This document shows, in pieces, positions 61,521-64,000 of a stretch of 64,000 bases of DNA. Source of the DNA: a virus; IMG/VR virus record IMGVR_UViG_3300045988_177331, one strand, 5' to 3'. Each line of letters begins with the position of its first letter. The first letter of the stretch is position 1. The notes beneath the pieces are model-generated. The model had not been told where the DNA came from. It saw nothing but the letters and a program-made list of their open reading frames with translations, and made no database searches. A program made the position numbers and the translations under genes.

Positions 61521-64000
61521 ATGAAAACCAGGTACCATATAATAAAGAGTTACAGTGAATTAGAAAAGTTAGTAGAAGCATGCCTAAAAACTGGGTATGC
61601 TTCTGTTGACTTTGAAACTAATGCTGAACCTATATACAATGATACATTTAAACCAACCATATTATCAGTAACCTTTCAACCAGGTTCTGGGATATCAATA
61701 CCATTACAACATTTTGAATGTAGTGAATCCCATATAAATAAAACATGGTTGGAATGGTTAACATATTTTGGTAGAAATGTAATTGAGAATCCAAATGTAG
61801 TAAAAATAGCTTGGAATTGGAAATTTGATAATCAGATATTCCAAAGATATAATATATATTCAAGGGGTACTGTAATAGATGGTATGCTTGCTAAATATCT
61901 TTTAAATGAAGAAAGACCAAATGGTTTAAAGGATATGGTAAGAAGATTTTTACCTGAGTTTTCTGATTATGAAAAATATGATTCATTTGATTCAATACCT
62001 TGGTCAAAAAAACCATTAAAAAAGTTATGTGAATATGGTTGTATGGATACAGATTTTACTTTTAGGTTATCCATATTTTTTGAATCATTCTTAATTAAAA
62101 AAGGGTTTTATAATTTATATAGGAATCTTATAATGCCAGCAAGTAAGGTATTACAAAGTGCTGAAAAGAATGGGTTACCATTTGATGTTGAATTGAATGT
62201 TAAACTAAGGGAAAAATATAATAATCTTATAAATGAATACAATACTAAATTAAGGTCAATAAGAACAGTTCAGAGATATCAAAATTATATAATAAAGAAA
62301 AGAAAAGAAGATTATATTGAAACTCTAGAAAGTGAAATAGAAGAATTAAGGGAAGAGGGAAAAGATAGACAAGTAAAAACAAGGGAACAAAAATTATCCA
62401 GAATAATAGCTGGGGAGTATACAACAAAAGCTGAACTAAAATTAATAGAGGAAGTAAACTTTAGTTCACAAAAACAAATGGTGGACCTATTATATAATTC
62501 AAATCATGGGTTCAAATTCCCAGTTATTGCTTATACAGTTGATAAACATAAAAAACCAACAAATAATCCATCAACTGCAGAAGATACTTTAATAAAACTA
62601 AAAGAACATGATAAATCTGGGTTTATAGATACTCTTTTGGATTTAAGGGGAGTACAAACCATAAATTCCACTTTTATTGTTGGACTAGGGGATTTGGTAC
62701 AAAGTGATGGTGGGGTACACCCTACATTTCTTATCCATGGTTGTGTATCAGGTAATACTAAATTGATAGGTAAAGAAAATGATATAAGGATAGAGGATAT
62801 ATGTCCTAAAGAAGTAGGGGTATTAAATGTAGAAGATAAGAATATATGGGTATTATCCCATGAGGGTACTTGGGAACAAGTAACACATACCATAAATAAG
62901 GGCAAACAACCATTATATAAAATCACTACTAAAAATGGTGATATATTAAGGTGTACAAAGGAACATAAACTTTTAACACCAAAGGGGTGGAAGAGGGTAT
63001 CATATATATTTAAGCATAACCTAAACGTGGTAATGTATGATACTTCAAAATTAGATATAACTAAACCAATTGTAGGTAAAAAATATGATGAGATAATATT
63101 TAGGGATATACCAGGTTGGGATGGGTACATAGCTTCATCAGAGGGCAAAATATATTCAGTAAAAATTCCAGGTGGAAGGGGTATGTTAGATTATAATCAC
63201 CCCCATGAATTAGTTCCAAGGGAATGGAAACCTGGGAGGTTAAGAGTGTATCTGAGGAATAACTCTAAAAAGAAGTATTCTTTCTCAGTGTCCCATTTGG
63301 TATGGATGGCTTTTAATAATAAGTTACATATACCAGAAAAGATGGTAATAGACCATATAAATTGTAATACTCTTGATAATAGACCTGAGAATCTACAGTG
63401 TATAACCTATTCAGAAAATATAAAGAGAGCTTATACATGTACTAGAACAGCATTTACTAGTAATGGTATTAATGGTACTAATAAATTTAATACACTGACC
63501 ATTTCTAAAGTACTAGAAGATTATCAGAATGGGTATACTCAAGCAGAAATATGTGAAAGATATAATATATCCCAAAAACAGGTATCAGGTATAGTTAATG
63601 GTCAGAGGAGAAAAGATATATATCTAACAAAATTGGTATCAATGGAATATGAGGGGGAGAAGACCATATATGATTTATCAGTAAATGATAAGCATAGTTA
63701 TATAACTAGGTCGAACTTTATAAACTCCAATACAGTTAGCGGAAGATTGTCAAGTAGAAACCCCAATGGTCAAAATATACCAAAGACCATGGTAAATCCA
63801 GATGTTAAATTGCAATTTATTCCCCCAAAAAATCAATTATTCCTATCTTATGACTATTCACAAGCTGAATTAAGAATATTAGCTCATTTAGCAAATGAGA
63901 GTACAATGTTGGAGTGGTTTAGAACAGGGAAGGATATCCACCTTGCTTCAGCTTGTAAAAAATATCATGAAGATTATGATGAGATAATAAAGATATATCA
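61521..64000 (+). CDS. family A DNA polymerase (3'-5' exonuclease + polymerase), 3' partial, interrupted by an intein
   Basis: Hand translation is open from ATG 61521 to the window end. Exo motifs VDFETN, WNWKFD, YGCMDTD. Polymerase motifs TVSGRLSSRNPNGQNIP and DYSQAELRILAH. Confidence 0.9.
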   Translation, partial: MKTRYHIIKSYSELEKLVEACLKTGYASVDFETNAEPIYNDTFKPTILSVTFQPGSGISIPLQHFECSESHINKTWLEWLTYFGRNVIENPNVVKIAWNWKFDNQIFQRYNIYSRGTVIDGMLAKYLLNEERPNGLKDMVRRFLPEFSDYEKYDSFDSIPWSKKPLKKLCEYGCMDTDFTFRLSIFFESFLIKKGFYNLYRNLIMPASKVLQSAEKNGLPFDVELNVKLREKYNNLINEYNTKLRSIRTVQRYQNYIIKKRKEDYIETLESEIEELREEGKDRQVKTREQKLSRIIAGEYTTKAELKLIEEVNFSSQKQMVDLLYNSNHGFKFPVIAYTVDKHKKPTNNPSTAEDTLIKLKEHDKSGFIDTLLDLRGVQTINSTFIVGLGDLVQSDGGVHPTFLIHGCVSGNTKLIGKENDIRIEDICPKEVGVLNVEDKNIWVLSHEGTWEQVTHTINKGKQPLYKITTKNGDILRCTKEHKLLTPKGWKRVSYIFKHNLNVVMYDTSKLDITKPIVGKKYDEIIFRDIPGWDGYIASSEGKIYSVKIPGGRGMLDYNHPHELVPREWKPGRLRVYLRNNSKKKYSFSVSHLVWMAFNNKLHIPEKMVIDHINCNTLDNRPENLQCITYSENIKRAYTCTRTAFTSNGINGTNKFNTLTISKVLEDYQNGYTQAEICERYNISQKQVSGIVNGQRRKDIYLTKLVSMEYEGEKTIYDLSVNDKHSYITRSNFINSNTVSGRLSSRNPNGQNIPKTMVNPDVKLQFIPPKNQLFLSYDYSQAELRILAHLANESTMLEWFRTGKDIHLASACKKYHEDYDEIIKIY
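62742..63731 (+). mobile_element. intein (330 aa) with an HNH homing-endonuclease module, in frame inside the DNA polymerase gene
   Basis: Begins CVSGNTKLIG after …PTFLIHG. TxxH block LRCTKEHKLLT. IPGWDGYIASSEGKIYS plus SHLVWMAF…IDHINCNTLDNRPENLQ. HTH-like YTQAEICERYNISQKQVSGIV. Ends …FINSN before Thr+1 of TVSGRLSS. Confidence 0.85.

Noticed and set aside
62531-63148. Minus-strand 205-aa ORF
   Set aside because: It lies entirely antisense to the well-supported DNA polymerase/intein reading frame. It has no motifs, and it is the kind of long antisense ORF expected opposite a stop-poor coding frame.
1-64000. Lysogeny module (integrase, CI-like repressor, attP)
   Set aside because: No tyrosine or serine recombinase motifs and no repressor/antirepressor pair were recognised in any frame. 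On this evidence the window looks like part of a virulent phage, although the unseen remainder of the genome could differ.

Overview
This window is a low-GC (roughly 30% by eye) dsDNA phage segment, coding almost entirely on the + strand, with the gene set of a contractile-tailed (myovirus-type) phage. All calls come from reading the sequence and ORF translations by eye; no database search was possible. Layout: (i) 1-11.6 kb holds about 26 small early-type ORFs of unknown function, several Lys/Glu-rich or strongly acidic. They are punctuated by a reiterated promoter cassette with core TTTG-N20-TATATTTGCATT, which is the Bacteroidota -33 TTTG / -7 TAnnTTTG architecture. Together with missing Shine-Dalgarno sequences and A-rich leaders, this points to a Bacteroidota (Flavobacteriia-like) host. 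(ii) 11.6-16.3 kb is a coding-poor, compositionally distinct island (C-ending codons, CpG not depleted). It contains a ~450-bp array of helically phased GGTACC/GGCAAT iterons, further short motif families, and a three-gene cassette with its own operator-like palindrome, promoter and terminator. (iii) 16.3-18.8 kb is an eight-gene minus-strand operon rich in small membrane proteins. (iv) 18.9-20.1 kb has a C5-cytosine-methyltransferase-like gene followed by a dense cluster of CpG-containing palindromes. (v) 20.1-51.1 kb is the packaging, head, tail, baseplate and lysis module: large terminase split by an HNH intein, portal, protease/scaffold, major capsid, sheath, tube, chaperone with a candidate -1 frameshift, TP901-type tape measure, LysM protein, hub, gpV spike, gp25/gpW, gpJ, gpI, amidase endolysin. 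(vi) 51.1-64 kb covers replication and nucleotide metabolism: sigma-like regulator, DnaB-like helicase, primase, SF2 helicase, trimeric dUTPase, dimeric-type dUTPase/dCTPase, three thymidylate-synthase-fold paralogues, and a family A DNA polymerase split by a second, paralogous HNH intein. The best candidates for something new are the pyrophosphatase plus triple TS-fold cluster, which suggests a modified-cytosine DNA pathway, and the phased iteron array inside the compositional island.
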